IMG/VR virus record: IMGVR_UViG_638275430_000001
Location: 86,274-150,273 of that record
Source: a virus
Lineage: Duplodnaviria > Heunggongvirae > Uroviricota > Caudoviricetes
Length of the DNA: 64,000 nt
Strand: one strand, 5' to 3'
Notes under the pieces: model-generated
The model's input: the letters and a program-made list of their open reading frames with translations, nothing else
The model's database searches: none
Told to the model about the DNA's origin: nothing
Program-made: the position numbers and the translations under genes
Shown here: positions 62,689 to 64,000 of the stretch, piece after piece
Position numbering within the stretch: the stretch's first letter is position 1
Layout of the letters: each line of letters begins with the position of its first letter

Positions 62689-63516
62689 ATGTTTGGGTAT
62701 TTTTACAACAGCATTTCAAGACGCTACATTGTTCTAATGGGACAACTGTTCAACGGTATACAGGTAGCGCGTGAACGAGACGGCAAAGTATCGTATCAAA
62801 AAGTACCAATCACCTACGCTAGTAAAGAACGTTTTACCGCAAAACTCAACAGCGTTAACAGTAACATCGACGAAAACGGAGTTGCTCGCATCGAGACGAT
62901 TTTGCCACGTATGAACTTGGAACTACTTGACATGGTATATAACCCTATGTTCAAGACCGGTGTCAACGTGAGATCGCAATCGCTAGGAGCGGGTGCGTCG
63001 GTATCTCGTAATAATCCGGTACCATACAAGTATCTTTTTGGCTTGTCAATAGCTACCAGATTTGAGGATGACATGTTTCAAATTATTGAGCAAATCATTC
63101 CTTATTTTCAACCAAACTTCACAACCAAGATTACGGAACTTCACGATAGCTTAACACCGATAGATCGCGATATTCAGATCACAATACAAGGTGTTTCTAT
63201 TTCAGAGGATCTTGAAGGAGCTCCTACCGAGCGTCGTCGTATTCAGTGGGATATTACGTTCGAACTCGACGGCTGGCTATATCCTCCAATCGCGAACTTG
63301 AAAGGCGAAATTAAGACAATTTACATTGACTTTTTCTCCAACAAGACCGAGCTGAAATCTAGCGAAGATAATTTTGAGTCTGTTGACTTCGAGGTTGATC
63401 CTAGAACTGCGACTAAAGAAGAATGGGATGGTAAATATATAGAGACAGCAAGCGAGAATATTCCTATTCCGCGAGATCCTAATAAACCGGGACCCAGAGG
63501 TAAAAAATTAAAATGA
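62689..63516 (+). CDS. 15: gp15 tail sheath stabilizer / terminator
   Basis: MFGYFYNS..RYIVLMG.LF, KVPITYASKE and ILPRM motifs. Confidence 0.97.
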   Translation: MFGYFYNSISRRYIVLMGQLFNGIQVARERDGKVSYQKVPITYASKERFTAKLNSVNSNIDENGVARIETILPRMNLELLDMVYNPMFKTGVNVRSQSLGAGASVSRNNPVPYKYLFGLSIATRFEDDMFQIIEQIIPYFQPNFTTKITELHDSLTPIDRDIQITIQGVSISEDLEGAPTERRRIQWDITFELDGWLYPPIANLKGEIKTIYIDFFSNKTELKSSEDNFESVDFEVDPRTATKEEWDGKYIETASENIPIPRDPNKPGPRGKKLK

Positions 63517-64000
63517 ATGATCTTAATATGAATCAGTTGCTCGATATGAGCGGCATACCGGGTATGAGTTTCGATGATACTATGCCCGTTGTATATGAGC
63601 CGACGGTGCTTGAGCCCGTCGATTCACATCCTGCTGAACGAGCCAAAGACCTAGAGACTGACTATGATCTAGTTAGACAAACTCTGAATTATCAGCAACA
63701 GATGCTAATGGCAATGGGAAAAATCGCATTGGAGAATGCGAAGAACTCAGAAAGTCCAAAGCATGTTGATGCATTCGTTAACTTAATGAATAGCATGACA
63801 AACGTCTCGAAAGAGATTTTGAAAGTTCATAAAGAAATGGGCGCAATCACCAACGAGACTACTAAGACCAAAGACGCGCCGCAACAACAGCAACCGTCTA
63901 TGAATATTGAAAACGCCACTGTATTCGTCGGAACTCCGGCGGAATTGATGGCACGGGAAGGAACTCAGTCTGAATCCATTTCCCGTTCGAAAACTGTAAT
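63513..64000 (+). CDS. 16: gp16 small terminase (truncated by the window end)
   Basis: DLETDYDLVR..L..QQQML and ALENAKNSESPKH motifs. Confidence 0.92.
   Translation, partial: MNDLNMNQLLDMSGIPGMSFDDTMPVVYEPTVLEPVDSHPAERAKDLETDYDLVRQTLNYQQQMLMAMGKIALENAKNSESPKHVDAFVNLMNSMTNVSKEILKVHKEMGAITNETTKTKDAPQQQQPSMNIENATVFVGTPAELMAREGTQSESISRSKTV

Overview
Window from a large T4-like (Straboviridae-type) myophage. Gene order and a PARP-like gene suggest an Aeromonas/Vibrio-type lineage, but the host cannot be read from the sequence. 1-29 kb (all minus strand): a 1211-aa protein with a PARP-type ADP-ribosyltransferase domain next to an ADP-ribosylglycohydrolase, cassettes of small early genes, a DUF2828/vWA (Ro60/TROVE-like) gene, tk, a CreA homolog, 21 canonical CCA-encoding tRNA genes and about 15 non-canonical tRNA-like or structured RNAs. 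29-36.5 kb (minus): 57B/Acb1, 57A, 1, 3, a tape-measure-like gene, 26, 54, 2, 4. 36.5-64 kb (plus): baseplate, fibritin, neck, 15 and the start of 16. Best candidates for new biology: (1) six small RNAs sharing a helix plus TT..GCAA motif, some built on normal or circularly permuted tRNA bodies, near a Ro60-like gene (putative phage Ro/Y-RNA system); (2) CCA-less tRNA mimics clamped by leader-trailer pairing; (3) a PARP-like writer plus ARH eraser pair; (4) a probable -1 frameshift giving gp26-like and gp51-like chaperones from one gene; (5) a 4-copy palindromic DNA repeat linked to a Zn-ribbon gene. All family assignments are by motif recognition and all RNA folds were read by eye; no searches were run.
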